A DNA stretch of 64,000 nucleotides from Shimia sp. (GCF_039969785.1 NZ_JBDVNC010000003.1:513-64512); one strand, 5' to 3'. Shown: positions 37,937 through 48,371, counted from the first letter of the stretch. Translations and numbers: made by a program. Notes: a model not told the origin generated them from the letters alone.

Positions 37937-39907
37937 TTGATTAAAGAGGTTTTTCCCCTGCCCCTTATCCCCGGAACCACAGCCAGCGAGACCCTGACTG
38001 GCACGGCGGGCGATGACACGATCCTTGGTAATGGCGGCGTCGACACAATCCGCGCCGGAGAGGGGGATGATCTGATCGTTCTGGCAGCGGCCAACCATGA
38101 CATAAGAGGCGGCGCAGGCATTGATACGTTGGAATTCTCAATCCGCTCTGAGCTTGTCACCGTGAATGTTGGAGAGAGTTTGTACATCTCGGGGCGCGGC
38201 CTGGCGGATCGGGCGCCATTCTTTGTCGCCACGGGCGGCGGCATTGAGCACGTCATCCTCGCCGCCACAAGCTTTATCGACTTTTCAGTCAGCGGCCCTG
38301 CGGAGCATCACCTGACCTTGCGAGGCACCCCGTCAGATCTCTATTTCCGCGGTGCCGAAAGTGACAGCCCCACCGCGAAAGACCGCCTTGTGCTTGACCA
38401 GATCTCGCTGGACTCCGGCACCGTCACAGGCATGAGCCGGGCCTATTTCGAGGCCAATTTCACTCCGGCACAGATCGACAGATACCCCGGAAACTCGCAA
38501 TTACGCTGGTATCTGTCTGACCCGAACAGCGGTTTTGCAATGGACCTGACCGGTCTCGAAGAGATTGCGTTTACCGATGGGGTGTTCGAGGTCAACAGCC
38601 TGTTTGGTATCTCCTCCCTGACGCAAGGGGCCGATGATGGGCTTGGCAGTGACCAGGTGGACATGGTCCAGCTTCTGGACGGGGACGATCGCTTTCGCGG
38701 GCTTGGGGGCGATGATGTTCTTCTGGGCGGGACCGGAGAAGATACGATTTTTGCAGGGAACGGCGATGATCTTGTCTATGGCGGTCACGATATGGATCTC
38801 TTGCAGGCTGGGGCCGGGCGGGATCAGGTTTATGGCAATAGCGGGAATGATGTCCTCATCGGGCTCGACGGCAAGGATCGACTTAACGGGGGCGCGGGCG
38901 ACGATCTGATCCAAGGCGGGCGCGGGGCTGACACGCTCCTTGGGGGCGCGGGCGATGACACGGTTGCCGGACGGCGGGGCAATGACCAGGCCTCGCTTGG
39001 GGACGGGGATGATCTCTTTCTCGATCTGGATCGGGGCGAGACGGCGGGGCGCGACACGGTCTATGGGGGTACCGGGCGGGACACAATCGAAGGCCGCGGC
39101 GGAGATGACAAATTCTATGGTGGAGACGGGCACGACCAGATCAAGGGCGGACTGGGCGATGACACGATTTTTGGTGAAATCGGCAATGATATGCTCTGGG
39201 GTGGGCTTGGCAATGACAGCCTGTCCGGCGGGTTTGGTGCCGATACGATCTATGCCCGCGAGGGCGATGACACTGTCAAAGGCGGGGACGGGCGCGATCT
39301 TGTCTATCTGGGCAGCGGCGATGATGTGTTTGTCTACACACTTCAGGGCGGTGAACAGGGTGCTGATACAGTTCAAGGCGGGGACGGAAATGACACGATC
39401 ACCGTCTGGGGCGATGATCTGGTACACGGTGGGACAGGTGATGACCTTTTGAGCTCAGATGTACGTAGTAGCCCGCGGCTCTTTGGTGGTGAAGGGAACG
39501 ATACCCTCTTTGGCGGATTGGACACAAATGAGCTCTTTGGCGGAAACGGAAATGACAGCCTGTCTGGCGGCGGCGGGCGGGACACGCTCTTTGGCGGAAT
39601 GGGCGACGATACGCTGAACGGCGGCGCGCGCAATGACACGCTGACCGGCGGGGATGGGGCGGATGTCTTTGTCTACGCCGGCCTCAGCAGTTTTCGCTTT
39701 AACCAGGACCTGATCACGGATTTCGAAACTGGAGGCGATCAGCTGGACTTCGCAAGATATACGAACGTGACCGGCTACCTGCAGGGGTTTACCATCGCAG
39801 CCTGGGGCCCGAATGGCACCCGGATCGACATCACCGGCAACGATGACACCATTTTCCTTGCCGGTGTTGTCCTCGATGATCTCTCTACGGATGGCTTTAT
39901 TTTCTGA
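37937..39907 (+). CDS. RTX calcium-binding secreted protein (start uncertain: TTG 37937 or CTG 37958)
   Basis: GGxGxD repeats; C-terminus VTGYLQGFT...DGFIF. Confidence 0.85.
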   Translation: MIKEVFPLPLIPGTTASETLTGTAGDDTILGNGGVDTIRAGEGDDLIVLAAANHDIRGGAGIDTLEFSIRSELVTVNVGESLYISGRGLADRAPFFVATGGGIEHVILAATSFIDFSVSGPAEHHLTLRGTPSDLYFRGAESDSPTAKDRLVLDQISLDSGTVTGMSRAYFEANFTPAQIDRYPGNSQLRWYLSDPNSGFAMDLTGLEEIAFTDGVFEVNSLFGISSLTQGADDGLGSDQVDMVQLLDGDDRFRGLGGDDVLLGGTGEDTIFAGNGDDLVYGGHDMDLLQAGAGRDQVYGNSGNDVLIGLDGKDRLNGGAGDDLIQGGRGADTLLGGAGDDTVAGRRGNDQASLGDGDDLFLDLDRGETAGRDTVYGGTGRDTIEGRGGDDKFYGGDGHDQIKGGLGDDTIFGEIGNDMLWGGLGNDSLSGGFGADTIYAREGDDTVKGGDGRDLVYLGSGDDVFVYTLQGGEQGADTVQGGDGNDTITVWGDDLVHGGTGDDLLSSDVRSSPRLFGGEGNDTLFGGLDTNELFGGNGNDSLSGGGGRDTLFGGMGDDTLNGGARNDTLTGGDGADVFVYAGLSSFRFNQDLITDFETGGDQLDFARYTNVTGYLQGFTIAAWGPNGTRIDITGNDDTIFLAGVVLDDLSTDGFIF

Positions 39908-39988
39908 CGCCACGCAACACCGACCTTCTCCAAAAATGATCATACCGCGACCCTATGAGGGTCAGCACATACATGGCCGATCTTTAAA

Positions 39989-40029
39989 GCGCCCCGCCAA
40001 AAGTTGTTATTCAGGTTTTGGCGGGGCGC
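39989..40029. terminator. 14-bp perfect inverted repeat between RTX genes
   Basis: GCGCCCCGCCAAAA (39989-40002) and TTTTGGCGGGGCGC (40016-40029). Confidence 0.5.
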
Positions 40030-40282
40030 CTTAGGACCTGAAGCCGGGTTCGAACTTTCTTTGAGAGACTCAACTGCAATCTTCCAGTGAGTGAAAGCGC
40101 TAAGTCATGAACAATTAATACGTGCTGGAAAGTGGCCGCACAGCCAGTAAAAAAATTTGTAAGCTTATGATTTAAAATCATTTAATTCAAATTTGTCTTA
40201 AATCAAAGAACATATTCTGATTTTGATACTTAATGAATCTTACCTGAACCACTCAGGTTCAGTTCAAGGAGGGGATTGTATA

Positions 40283-42358
40283 ATGGCTGTAATCAACGGG
40301 ACAAACGCACGTGATATTCTGCCGGGAACACGGTTTGACGACATCATTTCAGGGAAAGATAGTGATGACGTTATCCATGGCAATGCTGGATTTGACAGCA
40401 TCACGGGAGATCTGGGCAACGATATCATACAGGGTGGCGAAAATGCTGATACGATATTGGGCGGTGGAGGCGATGACATCGCCTATGGCGGTTCTGGCGG
40501 GGACCTTCTGATCGGGGATAGTGGCGACAGCGGTGGGTCTGCCGATACGACGCTCATCACCACATCAAGCACGGCCGTCATTCCGTCTTCCGGCCAGGAT
40601 TTTTCAATCAGCTTGACCGCGCCGGATGAACATGTCGGTTCGGCCTACACGATTTCCGGGTTCGTCTCGACAACACCTGTGGTCGGCAATGATGTGAATA
40701 TAGCACTGGTGGTAGATGTATCAGGATCAACCGGATACGGCTATTCGGGCACTCCGGTCGGTGATTTAAATGGTGACGGCGTGTCCAACACCATTCTAGA
40801 TGGGGAAATCGCAGGGTCTATTGCCTTGATAGAGTCGGTTATTGCGGCTGGATTCGGTGACGCCACAATCAACCTGATCACATTCGACGGTAGCGTGCAG
40901 AAAAACGTGACCATGCGAGCAGACAGAGACTCGAATGGCAATGGTATTCTGGACCTGGAAGAGGAGCTACGCGGGCTAAACGATCTGGGTGGAACAGACT
41001 TTGAGCCTCCTTTGCAGCAAGCCATAAACTTCTTCAATGGCCAGCCCGCGGGGGAAAGCAACTATGTATTCTTCCTCTCAGATGGCGTCCCCTTTTCTTC
41101 GAGCAATTTTCTGGACGAAGCTGCAACCCTGCGCGATTCAAGCGGCATTAATGCAACGATCCGCACCTTCCCGATTGGCAGTGGCGCCAGCGTCACCACC
41201 CTAGATGAAATGGACGATGGCGCGTTAAACGATTCCTCGTCCCGGATCACAGATCCCGGTGCCCTGAGCGCAGCCCTCACCGGAGGAGGAATTTCTCCTG
41301 CAGACGTCGTGGAATTACGCGTCTTCGTCAACGGTACGCTGGAGCGGACTATCCCATCTTCAGCCTTGGTCCAAACACCATTCGGATTGAAGTATGAAGT
41401 GGACCTAACAGGTCTGAGCACGACAGACCCCGAGACCATAAGAGTGGTTGCCATAGCCAACGATGGTGCTTCGACCAGAGTTCAGACCAGTCAGGTGGTC
41501 GAAAACCCCCAGGAAGATGGCAATGATGTCCTGTTCGGCGGAACCGGATCGGACACTCTCGTTGGCGAAGGCGGCGACGATGCCCTGTTCGGCGGTATGG
41601 GCAATGACTTGGTCAATGGCGGGGTTGGCGCCGACACGTTGTTTGGCGGCGAAGGCTACGACAGTCTGAACGGCGGAAGGGGGGCCGACAACCTGTACGG
41701 TGTGACCGGAAATGATGTTCTGAGCGGTCAGAATGGCAATGACAAGCTGTTCGGGGGCGAAGGTTCTGACACGCTCTATGGCGGAGATGGGAACGACACG
41801 GTCCATGGCGGGAACGGTGCAGACAAAGCCCTTCTGGGCAACGGCGCGGACGTGTTCTTTGACAATGATGAGAGCGGAGACGCGGGACGCGACACAGTCT
41901 TTGGCGGGAACGGCTATGATACTGTGAATGGCGGCGGCGGCAACGATGTATTCTACGGCGAGGCAGGCAATGATGTGCTCAGGGGTAAGAATGGCAACGA
42001 TAAATTATTTGGCGGTGCTAATGCGGATCGGCTGTTTGGTAGCGCAGGGAATGACACGCTGAACGGTGGTCTCGGCCAAGACCAGATGACGGGCGGTGAT
42101 GGACTGGATCGGTTTGTTTTTAACAGCGGCTTTGGCAATGACACGGTGTTTGGGTTCGAGGCGGCGGACGGGGAGAAGATCAACCTGGCCGGGGTGGCGG
42201 CGATCACCGGTTTCGCCGACCTGATTGCGAACCATCTCGAAGAAGCAAACGGCACCGCGCGGATCGTCGCCGGGGCAAACTCGATCCTGCTGGATGGGGT
42301 GGATGTTGCGGATGTGGGTGTGGGGCTGGCTTATTCCGGGGATGATTTCATCTTCTAA
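40283..42358 (+). CDS. vWA-domain RTX secreted protein
   Basis: GGAGG SD before ATG 40283; LVVDVSGST (DxSxS), GGTDF and FLSDG complete a MIDAS site; RTX repeats; YSGDDFIF end. Confidence 0.88.
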   Translation: MAVINGTNARDILPGTRFDDIISGKDSDDVIHGNAGFDSITGDLGNDIIQGGENADTILGGGGDDIAYGGSGGDLLIGDSGDSGGSADTTLITTSSTAVIPSSGQDFSISLTAPDEHVGSAYTISGFVSTTPVVGNDVNIALVVDVSGSTGYGYSGTPVGDLNGDGVSNTILDGEIAGSIALIESVIAAGFGDATINLITFDGSVQKNVTMRADRDSNGNGILDLEEELRGLNDLGGTDFEPPLQQAINFFNGQPAGESNYVFFLSDGVPFSSSNFLDEAATLRDSSGINATIRTFPIGSGASVTTLDEMDDGALNDSSSRITDPGALSAALTGGGISPADVVELRVFVNGTLERTIPSSALVQTPFGLKYEVDLTGLSTTDPETIRVVAIANDGASTRVQTSQVVENPQEDGNDVLFGGTGSDTLVGEGGDDALFGGMGNDLVNGGVGADTLFGGEGYDSLNGGRGADNLYGVTGNDVLSGQNGNDKLFGGEGSDTLYGGDGNDTVHGGNGADKALLGNGADVFFDNDESGDAGRDTVFGGNGYDTVNGGGGNDVFYGEAGNDVLRGKNGNDKLFGGANADRLFGSAGNDTLNGGLGQDQMTGGDGLDRFVFNSGFGNDTVFGFEAADGEKINLAGVAAITGFADLIANHLEEANGTARIVAGANSILLDGVDVADVGVGLAYSGDDFIF

Positions 42359-42672
42359 GCCGAAGATCAGGACCCATAGCACTGCATAGTGCCCTCTGAC
42401 AGGGCGGGCACATCGCGTGCATGTCCACTCTTGAGCATCCCGCAGGCCACATCTGTTCCATCCGGCGGGAAACACTGTACCGCAGTCCCTTGGAGATCGG
42501 ATCCATGAGACTGGCACATGAGCGACCGGCGTTAGGACCTCGCCTGTGGCAAATTTCCGCTGCATCATGTCGCCAGATGAGCCCAATTTTGCAGAAGTCA
42601 CATTGTTGGCTTCTTCGATAGCACTGGCACCCGCTATACAACGGCTAGCTATAAATTTCCAAAGGACAGGCC

Positions 42673-44361
42673 ATGCTGACCCAAAGCGAAATCCTTGATG
42701 CGATGCAGTTTGACTTATCATTGCTCAACGGCAACAAGCTCAATGGAACTGGAGATCCGGCTTACGTGATCGACTATCAGTTTGCCGATAACGGCCAACC
42801 TGCAGACCTGTGGCAAACCTATAGCGGTTGGACCGCGATGAGTGGCCCAGAAAAAGCCGCCGTGCGTCGTGCCATGGATCATATCGAGACTTTTCTCAAC
42901 GTCTCGTTTGTCGAAGTGCCTGCTTCAAACGACCCCACAATGAATATCGGCAAGGTGTTGATCCCGGGATCCACCGCCGGATATGGCGGATACAACTATT
43001 CGGCCTTCTCGGGGGGTGTGCTGTCGGATTATGATAACTTCGCCGTCTTTGATAACGGCATAAACTTGGCCGATGACAGCGCCCATAACCTGATACTGCA
43101 CGAGATTGGCCACGCGCTGGCCTTGAAACATCCGTTTGGCACCCCTGCCCTGCCAAATACGCTTGAGAACAACAAGTACACTGTGATGTCTTACACATCG
43201 AACCCTGAAAACGGTCAGGATTCCGATGCGATGATGCTTTATGACATTCTCGCGCTGCAGGACTGGTGGGGTGCTACGACCGACTACAACACAGGGGGTA
43301 CGCTCTATACGGGGCCGCGTACCAACACAATCGATCCTCTCTGGGACACCGGCGGCAATGACACAATTGATGCCTCGGGACAGTCGGGTGCCGCGCGTCT
43401 GGATCTGCGCGAGGGGTATTTTTCGCGGTTTGGATCTTATGACGATGTGGTGATCCCCTATGACGTCACAATCGAAAACGCCATCGGTGGGATGGGCGGC
43501 GATACGATCAATGGCAATAGTGCCGCGAACACGCTCATCGGGCGTCAGGGCAACGACACACTCACCGCATTTGAGGGGGCAGATTCGCTTTTGGGGGGTA
43601 ATGGCAACGACCTTTTGGGCGGTGGGTTCGGTTATGACACGCTGAGAGGGGGCAATGGGGATGATACCGTGAATGGCGGCGTAGGCTTTGACCTGATGCA
43701 CGGGGACGCGGGTAATGACTCGCTGGATGGCGGCGATGGCGCGGATCGGATCTTTGGCGGGGCCAATGCCGATACAATCAGGGGCGGCAAGGGTAACGAC
43801 ACGGTTACAGGTGGCAATGGCCGCGACGAAGCGCGGCTTGGCAACGGGTTTGACGTATTCACCGATAATGCACAGGGCGGCGATGCGGGGCGCGATACGG
43901 TGTTTGGCGGCAACGGCAATGACACGATCAACGGCGGCGCCGGCGCGGATGTGTTTTATGGCGAGGCCGGCAATGACGTACTCTTTGGAAGCAACGGATT
44001 TGACCGATTACTTGGCGGAACCAACGCGGACCGGCTTTATGGCGGCAATGGCAATGACACGCTAACCGGAGGACTTGGCCAAGACCAGATGACCGGTGGC
44101 ACGGGACTGGATCATTTTGTGTTCGCCAGTGGATTTGGCTACGACACGATCTTTGGGTTCGAGGCTGCGGATGGTGAAAATATCAACCTAGCAGGCGTCG
44201 CGGCTATTACGGATTTCACTGATCTGATCATGCACCATCTGGAGAACGCGGACGGCACAGCACGCATCGTGGCGGGGGCCAATTCTATACTGCTCGATGG
44301 TGTGGATTTTGCCGATGTCGGCGTCGGGCTGGACTATTCGGGACATGATTTCATCTTCTGA
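42673..44361 (+). CDS. Serralysin-like (M10B) zinc metalloprotease with RTX repeats
   Basis: HEIGHALALKH zinc motif, TVMSY Met-turn, DILALQ, TLWDTGG-like and IENAIGG motifs; YSGHDFIF end. Confidence 0.9.
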   Translation: MLTQSEILDAMQFDLSLLNGNKLNGTGDPAYVIDYQFADNGQPADLWQTYSGWTAMSGPEKAAVRRAMDHIETFLNVSFVEVPASNDPTMNIGKVLIPGSTAGYGGYNYSAFSGGVLSDYDNFAVFDNGINLADDSAHNLILHEIGHALALKHPFGTPALPNTLENNKYTVMSYTSNPENGQDSDAMMLYDILALQDWWGATTDYNTGGTLYTGPRTNTIDPLWDTGGNDTIDASGQSGAARLDLREGYFSRFGSYDDVVIPYDVTIENAIGGMGGDTINGNSAANTLIGRQGNDTLTAFEGADSLLGGNGNDLLGGGFGYDTLRGGNGDDTVNGGVGFDLMHGDAGNDSLDGGDGADRIFGGANADTIRGGKGNDTVTGGNGRDEARLGNGFDVFTDNAQGGDAGRDTVFGGNGNDTINGGAGADVFYGEAGNDVLFGSNGFDRLLGGTNADRLYGGNGNDTLTGGLGQDQMTGGTGLDHFVFASGFGYDTIFGFEAADGENINLAGVAAITDFTDLIMHHLENADGTARIVAGANSILLDGVDFADVGVGLDYSGHDFIF

Positions 44362-44401
44362 CATTCCTGTGTGGCAAGGGGCTGGGACTGCTTCAGCCCC
44401 C

Positions 44402-46837
44402 TCAGCCAAACAGGAAGTCATCCGCGTCAAGCGCGCGCACGCTCAGCCCATCAAGCCACAGCACATCTCCTGCGCCCACGATGCGTATGGCGGTGCCTTG
44501 TGTCGTAATTTCAAGATCTGCATAACGCGCAACCCCAGTCAGACGAATGCGGTCTTCACCCGGGGTAAAATCCCCGATACGGTCGGCATGATCGTCTGGG
44601 GAAAAGATGAACACATCCGCCCCAATCCCGCCAAACATGCGATCCGGACCCAATCCACCATCCAGCGTATCCGCGCCCCGACCACCAAAGAGTTGATCCT
44701 CCCCCTTGCGCCCCAGCAACAGGTCCTGCCCGTCCATGCCATGAAAGACATCCGCCCCAGCGCCGCCATTCACTGTATCGTTCCCTACCCCGGAAAATAC
44801 TGTATCCCGGCCGAGATCCCCAACCTGGGGATTGTCAGAAAACACATCGTTCCCCGCCCCCAGATAAGCTAGGTCGCGCCCGTTGCCACCCCAGATCCGG
44901 TCATTGCCAGCGCCGCCGTAAAACGTGTCTGCACCGGCACCACCAAAAAGCTGGTCCGGGCCCCTGCGCCCAGACAACAGGTCTTGGCCCGCCTTGCCAT
45001 GAAAGACATCGGCGCCCCCCCCACCGTTCACCGTATCGTTGCCCAGCCCACCATAGACAGTGTCATGGGCATTCTCTCCAGTCTGGATGTTATCAAAAAA
45101 CACATCGTTCCCCGCCCCCAGATAGATCAGATCGCGCCCGTTCCCACCCCAGATCCGGTCATTCTCTCCCTGACCCAGAAGCGTATCAAACCCATTGCCG
45201 CCATAGAGCATGTCCGCACCGCCCCCGCCGCGCAGCACGTCATTGCCTTGATAGCCATAGAGCGAATCCGCACCCCATTGTCCGCCCAGTGCATCGCTGG
45301 CTTCACCCCCGAGTATGGTTTCACCTGTGCCCATAAATGGCCGGTCCGGCCCTTCGAAATAACCACCAAAGATATCCTGCAGACTCAGACTTTGCCCTGA
45401 AACGCTCTGGAGCGTGATGACATCCCCCCGCCAGGTCAGCTCGGCCCCATCGCGGCGCGCCACATAATCAAGCTGGGACGGGTCATACAAAAATGTAAAG
45501 GCGGATAGATCGAGGCGATCTACGCCAATTTCGAACCCGCGGATCAGGTCGCGCTCGCCATCAAAATCCAGCACAAAGATATCGCTCCCCTGCCCCCCTG
45601 TGAGCGTGTCTCTACCAACCCCGTCCACCAGAATGTCCGCACCTTTGCCTGCCGACAGGGCATCATTGCCCGGGCCACCAATCAGGATATCGTCCTTGTC
45701 CCCTCCAGACAGACTGCCCCCTGCACCCTCAGCTCGGTGTGCAGCACCCTCCTGAACGAGGGACAAACTAAACTGGGACATGCCTGACGCGACACTGGTG
45801 GCAAAAATTTGAATATCATCGCCAAGCTGCACCGCCGCCAGCGCGCTTGGGCCAAACACCCCTGGAAAGGTGCCTTCGGCATAGCTTTGCAGATAGACAA
45901 GGCGCCCGGTTGAGAGCATCTGGAACAGACTGAAGCCGCCGTCTCCGCCACCGGCCAGCACATAGGCTCGGTCCTGTGATGTCACCACCGCCAGATCCTG
46001 GGCCTGACCAAAACGGGTATCGCGGGTGTCAAGCACGTGATCCACCGGAGCCAGACGGCCATCCCCAAGCACACGCATCACGCTGAGCGCGCCGCCCTGA
46101 TCACCCGCCGAGGCGAGGACCGCAAACGTGTTGCCCCCGATCAACGTCGTTTCAAGCGCCACTGGCCTCATGACCCCCAAGCCCTGCCCGGCCCCCATCA
46201 GGCCACGCGCCTCCAGATCCCCGCTCTCGGGGTCGATCAGATAACTGGACACACCGCGATCCGCAACATCGGTGGCCAGAAGGTAGTTTTTCCCTGAAAC
46301 AGTGACTGTATCGAGGTCGATGACCGTGTCCCGATAAACGTCTGCGCCGCCGCCCAGCTGTCCAAGAGAGATCAAATCTCCATTCTCGGATTGTCGGTAA
46401 CACTGGATCCCGCCGATGGTGGCATCTGCCGTATAAACGAAGCCTGCTAAAAAATATGTCAGTGCGGCAATGTCTTCGGTTGTGGCAGAGAGACCTCCCC
46501 AAGAGATGCCCTGCCCGATCGACGCACCGGGCCCTTCGAAATAGCCCTGCACCTCACTGCCAAGACCGCCGACCACAACGCCATTACCCACCTCATAGAG
46601 CTGTCGGCCAACGGCACGCTCTTGAACTGCGGTAAAAGCCTGCACATCCGTAAAGACAGCCGCTTGCCCCTCTTCAAGGCGCCAGCTCGCCAACCCTCCA
46701 TCCGGGCCCGACATTGCAAAAAGCACAAGCCCCGACCCCGTGTCATGCGCTGCCACATCCCGCAGGCCGATATCAATCCAATCTCGCCCGCTGAGCATTG
46801 CGGAGCGAAACGCCAACGCTACCATAACTCTCACCAT
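44402..46837 (-). CDS. RTX calcium-binding protein with a probable N-terminal beta-propeller (start may be ATG 46825)
   Basis: About 360 aa of blade-like repeats, then GGxGxD repeats; ends DDFLFG; convergent on the rest of the array. Confidence 0.85.
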   Translation of the reverse strand: MVRVMVALAFRSAMLSGRDWIDIGLRDVAAHDTGSGLVLFAMSGPDGGLASWRLEEGQAAVFTDVQAFTAVQERAVGRQLYEVGNGVVVGGLGSEVQGYFEGPGASIGQGISWGGLSATTEDIAALTYFLAGFVYTADATIGGIQCYRQSENGDLISLGQLGGGADVYRDTVIDLDTVTVSGKNYLLATDVADRGVSSYLIDPESGDLEARGLMGAGQGLGVMRPVALETTLIGGNTFAVLASAGDQGGALSVMRVLGDGRLAPVDHVLDTRDTRFGQAQDLAVVTSQDRAYVLAGGGDGGFSLFQMLSTGRLVYLQSYAEGTFPGVFGPSALAAVQLGDDIQIFATSVASGMSQFSLSLVQEGAAHRAEGAGGSLSGGDKDDILIGGPGNDALSAGKGADILVDGVGRDTLTGGQGSDIFVLDFDGERDLIRGFEIGVDRLDLSAFTFLYDPSQLDYVARRDGAELTWRGDVITLQSVSGQSLSLQDIFGGYFEGPDRPFMGTGETILGGEASDALGGQWGADSLYGYQGNDVLRGGGGADMLYGGNGFDTLLGQGENDRIWGGNGRDLIYLGAGNDVFFDNIQTGENAHDTVYGGLGNDTVNGGGGADVFHGKAGQDLLSGRRGPDQLFGGAGADTFYGGAGNDRIWGGNGRDLAYLGAGNDVFSDNPQVGDLGRDTVFSGVGNDTVNGGAGADVFHGMDGQDLLLGRKGEDQLFGGRGADTLDGGLGPDRMFGGIGADVFIFSPDDHADRIGDFTPGEDRIRLTGVARYADLEITTQGTAIRIVGAGDVLWLDGLSVRALDADDFLFG

Positions 46838-47036
46838 CTCCCGGTTTTCCCGGGGACAATGATGGCGAAAAGGGCTGTTTTCAGCCGGCCGGAATGGTGG
46901 TCAAAGCATGGCGTTTGGCCGCAATTTGAGAGCAATTTGCGATAAAGCCGAGCGGTATGACCCAGACGTGTTTGTGACGTAAATCCAGATCAGCCACTTT
47001 CTGAATGGAATCGGCGCTACACATCAAACCAAAAGC

Positions 47037-47219
47037 CGCAAATCCTCGCTGTAGAATCGCGAGAGCCGAGAAACTTAACACTGTCGCGAGATAAACGCGC
47101 CGCGCAATCGCTCTCCTTAAAACGGTTGGTAAGGTCAAACCAAATTCAGCACCGGGAATAAAAGGTATGGCCATCACGGTGATATAAACAGTCGTCCTAA
47201 TCGCAATTGTTGCGTTCTT
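47037..47219 (-). pseudogene. Fragment of a membrane-protein gene
   Basis: Hydrophobic stretch VYITVMAIPFIPGAEFGL...VYLATVLSF within an otherwise nonsensical ORF. Confidence 0.3.
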
Positions 47220-47700
47220 GGCCGCGCACCAAGTCTCCACAAAAAACTCATGACCATTTTCCTCCGCGCGAAAAATATGCAGGCGGCGGGTAATTACACC
47301 GATCCTCGCATTCCAACGATAACAACTGACCTTCACGGAAGAACATCGCGTCATGACTTGCGCCAAGCTTTCCCAAAGGTGCGAGCAATGTCGCGAAGGG
47401 TATCCCCCTTGGGTCGCCGGCGCCCTTTTCAAGAACCAAATTTCTCGGTTCAAACCCCGTCGGCTGGCCCCTTGTGCCAAGCGCAAGGACTGCAGCTCCG
47501 ATAAGCCCGAGGATCATGGAAATCTGCAATATCGGGGTAGTAAAACGAATTGACTCCTAATGGCGCAGAGCATGTTGGGTGTCTTTGACTATGCGGATCT
47601 TCGATGGCCATTGCCTTCACCCAGTTCCCGCAAACTGATACCAGCTTGAAAGACGGACGAAGCAACGCGTTAAAAAGACAGCTTTACCCGCAACTGCCCG

Positions 47701-48354
47701 CTAAGCCATCAACTCCTGATGCAGAGCGATGGCCTCGTCTAGGTCGTCGAAATAGGTCAGCCTGCCATGTTCCAGCACCAACCCGGCATCGCAGAACTGG
47801 CGCACCTGGCCCATTTCATGGCTGACCAGGATAGCATCGCTCTTCTCCATACGTTGGCGGAACACCGCCTTGCTCTTGCGGCGAAACACTGCATCCCCAA
47901 CAGCGGTCACTTCGTCAACGAGATAGGTATCGAAATAAATGCCCATCGAGGTGCCAAAAGCAAGGCGCGACTGCATCCCCGAGGAATAGCTGCGCACGGG
48001 CTCGTGGAAATGGCCTCCGATCTCGGCAAAATCTTCGACAAAAGCGATGAGCTCCTCTACGTCCACGCCGTAAATGCGCGCAATGAAGCGCACATTCTGG
48101 GCGCCGGTCAATTCGCGATGGAAAGAACCGGCAAACCCCACCGGCCAGGAAATCGATCCATCGCTGGAAATACGCCCCACATCGGGATCGAGGGTGCCAG
48201 CGATCATCTGCAAGAGGGTCGACTTGCCCGCTCCGTTGCGCCCCAGAAGCGCAAGACTTTTGCCTGAGGGGAGCTCGACTGACAAATTGTCAATGACCAC
48301 CTTGTACTCGTTCTGGACCCAGAACCCCTTGGTCAGATTTTCGAAACGGATCAT
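47701..48354 (-). CDS. kpsT: Capsular polysaccharide ABC exporter ATP-binding subunit
   Basis: GRNGAGKST, SWPVGFAGSF, YSSGM signature, YLVDE; ATG at 48354. Confidence 0.93.
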   Translation of the reverse strand: MIRFENLTKGFWVQNEYKVVIDNLSVELPSGKSLALLGRNGAGKSTLLQMIAGTLDPDVGRISSDGSISWPVGFAGSFHRELTGAQNVRFIARIYGVDVEELIAFVEDFAEIGGHFHEPVRSYSSGMQSRLAFGTSMGIYFDTYLVDEVTAVGDAVFRRKSKAVFRQRMEKSDAILVSHEMGQVRQFCDAGLVLEHGRLTYFDDLDEAIALHQELMA

Positions 48355-48371
48355 GCCACCACGAGGCCTCT

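Noticed and set aside
28587-46776. Many long antisense or alternate-frame ORFs over the RTX genes (e.g. 30721-31977, 38501-39427, 42925-43701)
   Set aside because: These are shadow frames produced by GC-rich GGC-AAT-GAC repeats; they give Ser/Pro-rich or motif-free translations.
28351-46837. Pore-forming RTX toxins / hemolysins
   Set aside because: Only the Ca-binding repeats are present; I see no hydrophobic pore-forming domain and no acyltransferase (hlyC-like) gene.
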